Part shown: piece after piece, positions 8,610-16,261 of the stretch
Layout of the letters: each line of letters starts with the position of its first letter
How positions within the stretch are numbered: position 1 is the stretch's first letter
DNA from: Candidatus Bathyarchaeota archaeon
Lineage (GTDB): Archaea > Thermoproteota > Bathyarchaeia > Bathyarchaeales > DTEX01
Assembly: GCA_018396405.1 (NCBI GenBank)
Contig: JAGTQD010000003.1
Location: forward strand, 61 to 64,060
DNA: 64,000 bases
Direction: 5' to 3'
The notes under the pieces: model-generated
The model's database searches: none
What the model was told of the DNA's origin: nothing
Seen by the model: the letters and a program-made list of their open reading frames with translations, nothing else
Program-made: the position numbers and the translations under genes

Positions 8610-10304
8610 TTACACCACCCTAACTACTAGAGCATTGGAGAGAGCGGACAAAATTTTATCAGTGGAGATATTCTCCAAGGTTATAGCCTCCTTCGGGCAT
8701 CTCGCCGCGCAAGTTCCGCATCCCTTACATATTTCCTCATTTACTTGCGCTACACCACTCTCGTTCTTCACAATTGCTCCAAACGGGCATATCTCCACAC
8801 AAAGATTACATCCAACACATTTACTTTCATCAACGATTGCCTTGTCCTTTACACATAAATCTACACCCGCGAGACATTCAGCGCAAGGACCGCAACCAAG
8901 ACAACGAAAAGCTTCAAACCTTGCCGCCCGCTGCACCCTTTCGAGATAAGCTCTCACTTCCTCAAAGCTTAAATGCGGCTTCTCAACAGGGGACTCATAC
9001 CTCCGCTCCTTCTTTTCAAGTAAACTCCAATCCTTAACCCACGTTGTCTCCTCTATCCTCTCCTCCTCTATAGCCTCCCCCCTCAAATAGCGGTGTATTG
9101 ATAGCGCCGCCCGTTTACCTGCGCCTACAGCCTCAATTATGCTCGCGGGTCCGGTAACAGCGTCTCCACCAGCAAATACTCCTGGAATTTTTGTCTCCAG
9201 CGTTACTGGGTCAGCCTCAATTAACCCATTTTTACCTATAATTTCAGGTGGTAAGCATGATATCTCAACCACTTGACCAATAGCTGGTATAACCATATCT
9301 ACTTCATATTGATGTTCCGTGAATGGTATAGGAATCGGGCGCCTCCGCCCGGTCTCATCTGGTTCGCTGAGACGCATCCTCAGACATTCAACCGCTCTAA
9401 CCCGCCCACCTTCACCTATTATCCGTTTAGGAGCCACCAAAAAGTAGAATTTTACTCCATCCTTCTCAGCCATCTCAACCTCCCACGGATGTGCAGGCAT
9501 CTCTTCACGTGAACGCCTATAAAGAATCATGACCCTCTTTGCGCCAAGTCTCTTTGCAGTCCTCGCGGCATCAATCGCCGTATTTCCGCCACCGATAACC
9601 GCTACTGTCTCGCCAATATTTAATCGCTTGCCAAGAGCGAGAGAGCGCAGAAAATCTACCGCGTGTATAACGCCCTCAAGATCCTCGCCAGGAATATTTA
9701 GTTTCGCGCTTAGCTGCGCCCCAATAGCGATAAAAATTGCTTTATATCCATCTCTCTTTAAACTGTCAACAGTTATATCTTTTCCAAATTCTACGCCAGT
9801 TTTGACTTCAACGCCTAGACCCAATATATAATCTATTTCATTTTTAACAACGAATTTTTCTAAGCGATAATCCGGTATGCAGTAGCGCATCATTCCACCT
9901 AGCTCGGGCATACGCTCAAAGACTGTTACAGGGTAGCCGAGCTTGGCTAGCTCATAGGCAGCTGCTAAGCCAGCTGGCCCAGCACCTATTATAGCGACTT
10001 TTTCATCATATTTCTTTGGTACTGGCTTGACAGCAACTCTCCCCTGTTCCCGTTCAATATCTGCTACAAGTCTCTTTAAGGATCTTATTGCCACTGACTG
10101 ATCGATGTTAATTCTGCTGCAAGCATCTTCACAAGGAGAGAAGCATACTCTCCCACATATCGCTGGAAAAGGTAGATCTCTCCTTATTACCTCAACAGCC
10201 TCTCTAAATTTTCCCATCTGAATTAAGCAAACATATGCCTGAACATTAACATGAGCGGGACATGCCCCTCGACACGGAGGAAACTTTTTCACGTATCCCC
10301 TCAA
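8610..10304 (-). CDS. GltD/NfnB/SudA-like NAD(P)H:FAD oxidoreductase with a C-terminal 2x[4Fe-4S] ferredoxin extension
   Basis: 564 aa. N-terminal Fe-S region CRGACPAHVNVQ...ICGRVCFSPCEDAC. Two dinucleotide folds (VAIIGAGPAGLAAA and VAVIGGGNTAIDAA). C-terminal CVGCNLCVEICP and CKGCGTCAARCP. First gene of the operon, with a TTG start. Confidence 0.8.
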   Translation of the reverse strand: MRGYVKKFPPCRGACPAHVNVQAYVCLIQMGKFREAVEVIRRDLPFPAICGRVCFSPCEDACSRINIDQSVAIRSLKRLVADIEREQGRVAVKPVPKKYDEKVAIIGAGPAGLAAAYELAKLGYPVTVFERMPELGGMMRYCIPDYRLEKFVVKNEIDYILGLGVEVKTGVEFGKDITVDSLKRDGYKAIFIAIGAQLSAKLNIPGEDLEGVIHAVDFLRSLALGKRLNIGETVAVIGGGNTAIDAARTAKRLGAKRVMILYRRSREEMPAHPWEVEMAEKDGVKFYFLVAPKRIIGEGGRVRAVECLRMRLSEPDETGRRRPIPIPFTEHQYEVDMVIPAIGQVVEISCLPPEIIGKNGLIEADPVTLETKIPGVFAGGDAVTGPASIIEAVGAGKRAALSIHRYLRGEAIEEERIEETTWVKDWSLLEKKERRYESPVEKPHLSFEEVRAYLERVQRAARFEAFRCLGCGPCAECLAGVDLCVKDKAIVDESKCVGCNLCVEICPFGAIVKNESGVAQVNEEICKGCGTCAARCPKEAITLENISTDKILSALSNALVVRVV

Positions 10305-10329
10305 TTTTTCCCCCAGTAGGAAAACCCCC

Positions 10330-10338
10330 TTTTAAAAA
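10330..10338 (-). promoter_or_regulatory. Candidate TATA box for the hdr/mvh operon (near-leaderless first gene)
   Basis: ttttaaaaa lies about 26-34 nt upstream of the TTG start at 10304, within an AT-rich 130-nt gap. There is no SD-like GGTG before this first gene, unlike the internal genes. Confidence 0.35.
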
Positions 10339-10436
10339 TGAAGAAAATAAGGGAATATTTTAACCTTTCTAAGTTAACTTTAATGCACAATTAATTAAAT
10401 TTTGAATTTATTCTTATTTTTATTTCTAACACTTTA

Positions 10437-11399
10437 CTACCTTCTAATCCTCTTTCTTAATAATTCGATAATTATAAGCAGGGCAACAGTTGAGACCAAG
10501 ATAAATGTTATTATCGGTGGTAAAGGATGAAGGACAGAGAGACCAGGAGACTCGGAAAGCAATTTTATAAAGGTGCTTAAAGAAACAAAACCTAAGCATA
10601 AGCCAAATAACAATTTAAAGATATCTTTTTTCACATGCCTAGTTGCAGCAATACCAATCTGCATACCAGCTGAAGAGCCAATAAAAATCAGTGTTGCTAG
10701 TATAAAATTAACGTTCCCTTTTATAATGTGGGTTAAAGATGCGTATGCGGAGTTTAATAATACCCAAAAAGCGCTCGTTCCAGCAATTACACGTGGTTTA
10801 TAGCCAACTACATATATAAGCAGAGTAATCAAGATGAAGCCCCCGCCAGATCCTAAAAAGCCAGCGAAAAAACCGCTAATAAAGCCTATTAAAATAAATA
10901 TCCACATCGATACTTTCTCTGTATTTGGCCGCAATATGGTAATTGCCGATGGAGACCCATTTTCTTCGAATTTACGCCTTAAAGATGAGCTTTCCTCTTT
11001 GAGGAGCCTCCATTTTAGGCTTCCATGAAATATATATGCTGAGATTAAGCCTAAAATTATGATATAGGACAAGCTCAAGACGAAACCCATGTATTGAACT
11101 CCAAGAATCTTTAGGCGCTCAATTATTTGGGCTCCAAACTCGCTTCCAAGGATGGAAGAAGAAACAGCTACCAAACCAGCTTTTATCTTTACATTACCTA
11201 AGAATCTATGCCTCAGCGAGTTGACCAAAGAAGACATAAAAGTCTCCATAATGCTTGTTCCAACGGATATGCTTGCTGGGAAACCTAGGCTAATAAGAAG
11301 TGGTGTGAGAATAAAGCCTCCACCAAAGCCGAAAAAACCTGATAGGACGCCAATTATGAATCCACTAGCAATCATGAATAGATCTAACAAACCCAGCAT
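10437..11399 (-). CDS. TauE/SafE (DUF81) family anion/sulfite exporter-like membrane protein
   Basis: 320 aa, polytopic. Two glycine-rich repeats typical of the family (GVLSGFFGFGGGFILTPLL and GFFAGFLGSGGGFILITLL). Confidence 0.7.
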   Translation of the reverse strand: MLGLLDLFMIASGFIIGVLSGFFGFGGGFILTPLLISLGFPASISVGTSIMETFMSSLVNSLRHRFLGNVKIKAGLVAVSSSILGSEFGAQIIERLKILGVQYMGFVLSLSYIIILGLISAYIFHGSLKWRLLKEESSSLRRKFEENGSPSAITILRPNTEKVSMWIFILIGFISGFFAGFLGSGGGFILITLLIYVVGYKPRVIAGTSAFWVLLNSAYASLTHIIKGNVNFILATLIFIGSSAGMQIGIAATRHVKKDIFKLLFGLCLGFVSLSTFIKLLSESPGLSVLHPLPPIITFILVSTVALLIIIELLRKRIRR

Positions 11400-11471
11400 G
11401 AGGCTGATCTCCCAAAAAATAAAATTAAAAAATAAATTAGGGAATTAGAGTCTAACTTTTGGTCTATTTAG

Positions 11472-12080
11472 TTACTCTTTTAGCCTACCCTCTATTTTAC
11501 TTACCCATTTCTCATATTCTCTAGCAGTCAATAGGTCTTTCAGCTCCTCCTCAAGCACTAAGGAGTTCTTTGGCTTGATTTCCAGTATCCATCCTTCCCC
11601 ATACGGGTCCTCGTTTATTAGTTGCGGCTCAGTCCTCAGTGTCTCGTTCACCTTAACAATCTTCCCAGTTATCGGTGAGTATATGTCGAATATGAACATC
11701 CATGTCTCAACCATACCTATTGGCTCCATCCTCTTAACCTCCCTCCCAACAGGCTCAGTCATCACATTAGCAATCCCCTTCAGGTGCCTCGCAGCATAGT
11801 CTGTCAACCCCATGCGTATATTACCCTCAGGAGTAACCTGAACCCAAACATGCTTAGGCGTGTATAATAGCTGCTCTTGGATCTTTGCTAGAACCTCTTT
11901 TCTCCTCTCGGCTGGGACGCCCCTTGCGCGCATCAGCTCCTCTAAGCGTAGTCTTATAGCTTCAGCGATGAATTCTGAGACACTTCTGTAGAGGCCAGTT
12001 TTAACCATTTTTTCAATCTCTTCTATTAATTCTCGCCTCACACTAACGGTTCTCCATTCAGACATTATACCCACCTCCAT
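11472..12080 (-). CDS. Ribbon-helix-helix (CopG-like) domain fused to a GcvH-like domain lacking the lipoyl-lysine
   Basis: N-terminus WRTVSVRRELIEEIEKMVKTGLYRSVSEFIAEAIRLRLEEL is RHH-like. The C-terminus aligns by eye to glycine-cleavage H protein (YTPKHVWV...GLTDYAARHLKGI...DIYSPITGKIVKVN...NEDPYGEGWILEIK). The ESVKA lipoylation site reads ETWMF. Confidence 0.7.
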   Translation of the reverse strand: MEVGIMSEWRTVSVRRELIEEIEKMVKTGLYRSVSEFIAEAIRLRLEELMRARGVPAERRKEVLAKIQEQLLYTPKHVWVQVTPEGNIRMGLTDYAARHLKGIANVMTEPVGREVKRMEPIGMVETWMFIFDIYSPITGKIVKVNETLRTEPQLINEDPYGEGWILEIKPKNSLVLEEELKDLLTAREYEKWVSKIEGRLKE

Positions 12081-12171
12081 TATTTTTCAAGGATATATAA
12101 CATAAGCAAAAATTTATATATGATGCAAATAGAATATATTCTTGGTAAATATTATAAAAGCTTGTGAGAGC

Positions 12172-13233
12172 ATGGAAAGTAGAAAATTACAAAGGGTTGG
12201 GCGTTCAACCATAACAGTTTCACTTCCAAACAGATGGATAAAAGAAAACGGTATTAAGCCAGGAGACATAGTGCTTATAGTGCCAGAAAAAGATGGGACT
12301 TTAAAAATAATACCAAGGGAACGGTTTCGTCAAGAAGATGTTGAGGAAGAATATGTAATTAATGCCGACCTATGCACAGAGCCAGGTCTCCTTGAAAAAA
12401 TTATTGTCGGCGCTTATCTCCACGGAAAAAATCTCATCAGGATAATATCGGCAAACAGAATAGATAAGAGGCACATGGATGAGATCAGAAGAATTGTACG
12501 AAAGCTTGTTGGTTTAGGTATATTAGAGGAAACAGAAAACAATGTACTTCTACACTGTTCATTAGATTTAACTAAATTTAAGTTTGATATGTTGATTAGA
12601 CGATTAACTTTACTTGTATTGACAGTATTCTCCGAAGCCATGCAGGCTTTCCTCAAAAATGATGATAAACTGGCTCAGGAAGCAATTGAAAGAGAAAATG
12701 AGGTGGATATGATTTATTACTTAGCTATACGTTTGCTCTTATTTGCGCAAGAAAGGGAGGAAATACGCGAGCAAGTAGGTTTAACAGATATTGTTTTTCT
12801 GCCAGCAGCGAGATCGATATTACAGTCCTTAAAGCTAATAGGAGATATTTCCGAAGATATTGCAAAGAAAATAATAGCATTAAAGGATCTCGGGGGAAAA
12901 TTTGATAAAGAGGAGGTAGAAAGGATATATAAGATTGGGGAAAAAGCGCAAGAAATCGTTAAAACATCTGTCGAGTGCATTTTTACAGGGGATATCAGGC
13001 TAGCCAACAGTATACTTGAAATGAGAAGATCCCTAAAAAATGAGATAGAGAAGATCTTTTATGAACTTCCCGGAGTACCGTATCTGAGAACCCTTATTTC
13101 CTGCATAAGCAATATAATACACATTGGGTCAATGAATGCTGAAATAGCCATAAATAAAGCATTGCGTGAACAAAGTAGCTCTGTTATGGAGATAGTTGAA
13201 GTTGTTAGGCACACCCGGGTAAAGCGCCTCTAA
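12172..13233 (+). CDS. AbrB/SpoVT-domain plus PhoU-domain regulator (archaeal PhoU-like)
   Basis: N-terminus LQRVGRSTITVSLPNRWIKENGIKPGDIV is an AbrB-type swapped hairpin. The rest is helical PhoU-like repeats. I start it at ATG 12172 rather than the track's TTG 12142. Confidence 0.7.
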   Translation: MESRKLQRVGRSTITVSLPNRWIKENGIKPGDIVLIVPEKDGTLKIIPRERFRQEDVEEEYVINADLCTEPGLLEKIIVGAYLHGKNLIRIISANRIDKRHMDEIRRIVRKLVGLGILEETENNVLLHCSLDLTKFKFDMLIRRLTLLVLTVFSEAMQAFLKNDDKLAQEAIERENEVDMIYYLAIRLLLFAQEREEIREQVGLTDIVFLPAARSILQSLKLIGDISEDIAKKIIALKDLGGKFDKEEVERIYKIGEKAQEIVKTSVECIFTGDIRLANSILEMRRSLKNEIEKIFYELPGVPYLRTLISCISNIIHIGSMNAEIAINKALREQSSSVMEIVEVVRHTRVKRL

Positions 13234-13342
13234 TTAAATATATTTTTACCGCATGCTTTTCCCTAATTAAATAAATAAAGCCGTTATCTTCAACCTGTGC
13301 TATGTAACTAAAACTTATTTCTGAAAAGCTGTGGGAATTTCT

Positions 13343-13419
13343 TGGTGCGGCCGCCGGGATTTGAACCCGGGACTACAGGCTTGGAAGGCCTGCGTCCTAA
13401 CCAGCTAGACGACGGCCGC
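13343..13419 (-). tRNA. tRNA-Gly (anticodon UCC), CCA encoded
   Basis: The minus strand reads GCGGCCG TC GTCT AGCTGGTTA GGAC G CAGGC CTTCCAA GCCTG TAGTC CCGGG TTCAAAT CCCGG CGGCCGC A CCA. All four stems pair, the loop is 7 nt with TCC at positions 34-36, there is no intron, and the length is 77 nt. Confidence 0.9.
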
Positions 13420-13478
13420 TTTTATGCCTTAATAAAAAATATTTTTGCGGTCTAATAATTTTTTTGGCCGGATTATGT

Positions 13479-14399
13479 TTATAGGCGTGATATCTTGAAT
13501 CTTGGATGAGTTGCTGGCGGCCTTTTTCCCTCCTCCATCAGAATCTGTGCGTATGCTGCGTTTATTAAGCTTATTGCCGGGAAGATGTATTCTGCGTCGC
13601 TTACTGGTCCATAAAGTATGAAATCTGCTCCTATGGCTACTGGGAGCCCGTTAGCTATTGATGAGCACGAGATCTCCAAAATTTTATTTTTCTTTTCTTT
13701 TAGGGCTTTCCATGAAGCTATCGCGTTGTGGGCGCCGCATCCAGCTGGGTAACCGTACCGCTCTTTAACTTCAAATATAGCCTTACAGGCCAGACCTAAT
13801 GTTGCGATATCGAGGACGGTCGTGTCTATTAGGATCTTCTTTATACCTGCTTCCATGACTCTTGGGATCATTGTTTCCAGCAACTTAATCCTTTCTTTAT
13901 ATGATAGTAATGCCTTAGCACTATATGTTAATAATATTGCGGCTTCTATGCCAGACTCCTTAACCTTATCATATATTTGGGGTTTTGTTTCAGGATTAAT
14001 TGAATTCAGGATTACCCTATTGGCTATGCCGATTTCCCTCGCAACGTTCATGCCGCCCAGCGCAGCATCATCAGAAACATAGTCTATAAGTATTGGCATT
14101 TTTGTGGCATCCGCGGCGAATTCAATATATCTCCTCGCATTCTCTGGAGAAGAGCATACCACGTCAAGCATCGCTGGCAGCCCAGTCTTATCTGAAAATT
14201 CCTCAAGTTTTTTAATTAATGTCTGCGCGGCCCCGTGATCAAATTCGCCTGTCTTCTCATCCTTGACTATTTTATCCCCCTTATAAAACATGCTTCCAAT
14301 CATGACTGTTGGATTCACACCCGGTTGGCCGCCAACCTTTACGCCGCCTATCTCAAAGACTATCTGCTCCTTGTTAAATCTAAACATTCCTCTCACCAC
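13479..14399 (-). CDS. mtrH: MtrH-like pterin methyltransferase (homolog of tetrahydromethanopterin S-methyltransferase subunit H)
   Basis: 306 aa. MFRFNKEQIVFEIGGVKVGGQPGVNPTVMIGSMFY closely resembles the conserved MtrH N-terminus, and the C-terminal ...FILYGPVSDAEYIFPAI also matches. No other mtr subunits are adjacent. Confidence 0.75.
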   Translation of the reverse strand: MVRGMFRFNKEQIVFEIGGVKVGGQPGVNPTVMIGSMFYKGDKIVKDEKTGEFDHGAAQTLIKKLEEFSDKTGLPAMLDVVCSSPENARRYIEFAADATKMPILIDYVSDDAALGGMNVAREIGIANRVILNSINPETKPQIYDKVKESGIEAAILLTYSAKALLSYKERIKLLETMIPRVMEAGIKKILIDTTVLDIATLGLACKAIFEVKERYGYPAGCGAHNAIASWKALKEKKNKILEISCSSIANGLPVAIGADFILYGPVSDAEYIFPAISLINAAYAQILMEEGKRPPATHPRFKISRL

Positions 14400-14470
14400 C
14401 AGTCAATTATATCATTGATTACGCAAAGTATTATATGTTCTAAACTTGTTTAGTTTTATGGGCTGCTCTC

Positions 14471-15100
14471 ATGAGCAAGAGGGGACTGTTAATTTGTATA
14501 GAGGGGCTTGATAAGAGCGGGAAGACGACTCAATCAAAACTCCTCGTTGAAAACTTGAGGGGGATGGGTTTTGAGGCCTTTTATACGTCTGAGCCAAGCG
14601 ATAGCGAGATTGGCAGATTCATAGAGCGATATGTTCTTAGGAGAGATAGACGCCTACCAGTTTCAGCCGAGGCCTTGCTATTTGCTGCAGATAGAATAGT
14701 TCATGTGGAGAGGGAGATAAGACCTCTACTTGACAAGGGGAAAATAGTCGTTTCTGACAGATACATTTACTCTTCGCTAGCCTATCAAGGGGCAGGAGGT
14801 TTAGATCTCAAATGGATAATGGAGATAAACAGAATGGTTCCTAAGCCGGATCTGGCAATATATTTAGATGTCCCGGTTGAGGTTATTATGGAGCGTATCC
14901 AAAAGGGGCGTAAAAGATCCGTCATGGAAAGCTTTGAGGTTCAGGTTAGGGTTAGGGAGATATATCTAGAGCTTGTTAGGGAAGGTTTTCTTCTCCTAAT
15001 AGATGGGAATAGACCGATTGCAGAAGTCTCCAGAGAACTCCAGAGAATAGTTTTAGAGAGATTGGGGTTAAAACCGACAAAACGTGACGCTACTTATTAA
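14471..15100 (+). CDS. tmk: Thymidylate kinase
   Basis: P-loop IEGLDKSGKTTQ. The SDRYIYSSLAYQG motif is typical of dTMP kinases. Confidence 0.9.
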   Translation: MSKRGLLICIEGLDKSGKTTQSKLLVENLRGMGFEAFYTSEPSDSEIGRFIERYVLRRDRRLPVSAEALLFAADRIVHVEREIRPLLDKGKIVVSDRYIYSSLAYQGAGGLDLKWIMEINRMVPKPDLAIYLDVPVEVIMERIQKGRKRSVMESFEVQVRVREIYLELVREGFLLLIDGNRPIAEVSRELQRIVLERLGLKPTKRDATY

Positions 15101-15611
15101 TAGAGAGCGCTCTATCTCGACCCATTAATCCAAAGCGTATTCTCTCAACCAAGAACTTTACAAGATCTTTGGTTGATACACGCTGTAAACCCTTTTCGTG
15201 GAAGACTTGAATCTCAAGTTCATCATTATTAAACAGAAATCTTAGGAAGAAGAAATCGGAGCGTAATGCTACCCGCTTGTCACTCCTCACCTTATAATAC
15301 CTTATTATGCATAAGAAATCGAGCACCCGCAAAATTTTTCCGCTGATCGCCTTTAAGAGATTATCTAGGGTGTTCACGTCAAGATAATTAAACACTAGTC
15401 CATCGGCAACGCCAAATTCTATAAAAGCTTCCACGTTGGGCTCAACGAGACTAAGTAAGCTGCCTTCAGCTTTACAACCATTCAATTTATATAACAAATT
15501 TAGTATAGTCCTCTGGAGATCAATTATGGGAACATTAAACTTTATATGCGCACTATAATGGCTTCTCTCTGGAAAAAATGTGTATATTCCCAGCGTCTCT
15601 CTTTCTTTCAT
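15090..15611 (-). CDS. Hypothetical protein (173 aa), translationally coupled to the upstream Zn-ribbon gene
   Basis: I recognise no family. Its ATG overlaps the upstream TAA as TAATG at 15609-15613. Its 3' end overlaps the convergent tmk by 11 nt. Confidence 0.4.
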   Translation of the reverse strand: MKERETLGIYTFFPERSHYSAHIKFNVPIIDLQRTILNLLYKLNGCKAEGSLLSLVEPNVEAFIEFGVADGLVFNYLDVNTLDNLLKAISGKILRVLDFLCIIRYYKVRSDKRVALRSDFFFLRFLFNNDELEIQVFHEKGLQRVSTKDLVKFLVERIRFGLMGRDRALSINK

Positions 15612-15979
15612 TATTTTCTCTTCCCCATCCTCCTTATTCTCTCAAGATTCTCCAGCAGTATTCCCATTACCGCTCCCAGTTTCTGAACCTCCTCGAGATC
15701 ATCTTCTACCCTCAGCCTCTCATTTATCTCCCAAATCTTCATTATAATTGTCGCCTCAGCCTGGCTTAGTGCGGCTGAGGCCTCAACCTCCCTAGCTTCC
15801 TCTTCCTCCCTGACAACAACTACTTTCTTTTGGCATTGGGCACACCATAACTCACCGCCCTTAAGCCTAAATAGCGGTGAAGCACAAACTGGGCAAGATA
15901 AGTCGGTTAATACGGCTCCACTTTTAAGCAGATCAGCCATTAACTTAACCTTATCGCTATCACCCGTTCTTTCAGGCAT
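15611..15979 (-). CDS. UPF0148 / autoantigen-p27-like zinc-ribbon protein
   Basis: MADLLKSGAVLTDLSCPVCASPLFRLKGGELWCAQCQ followed by an acidic coiled-coil tail. This pattern fits the archaeal UPF0148 family. Confidence 0.5.
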   Translation of the reverse strand: MPERTGDSDKVKLMADLLKSGAVLTDLSCPVCASPLFRLKGGELWCAQCQKKVVVVREEEEAREVEASAALSQAEATIIMKIWEINERLRVEDDLEEVQKLGAVMGILLENLERIRRMGKRK

Positions 15980-16035
15980 AACAGATCACCTAGGAAAGTG
16001 CATATCAATTTATTTTAGGATAAAAACTTCTAATT

Positions 16036-16221
16036 TTATCTTTTCATCTTAACCTTAAGAAACTTAACTGTCTCGACAGCTTCTCTTATGTCTTTTGCCC
16101 TTGCAAGGATCATGATTTTATTTGAGTGAATCTGTATTTGATAGCCGCATCCTAAACATTTAGCGGTCTTCTGTCTCTCCCTCGCGTATCTAATTGACTT
16201 ACATTTTGGGCATGCAAACAC
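16036..16221 (-). CDS. Small zinc-ribbon protein (DUF1922-like)
   Basis: 61 aa with CPKC...17 residues...CLGC. The family assignment is from memory only. Confidence 0.4.
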   Translation of the reverse strand: MFACPKCKSIRYARERQKTAKCLGCGYQIQIHSNKIMILARAKDIREAVETVKFLKVKMKR

Positions 16222-16261
16222 TATATAATCGTCCAGAGATCATCCCTCCATACACTCAGTA

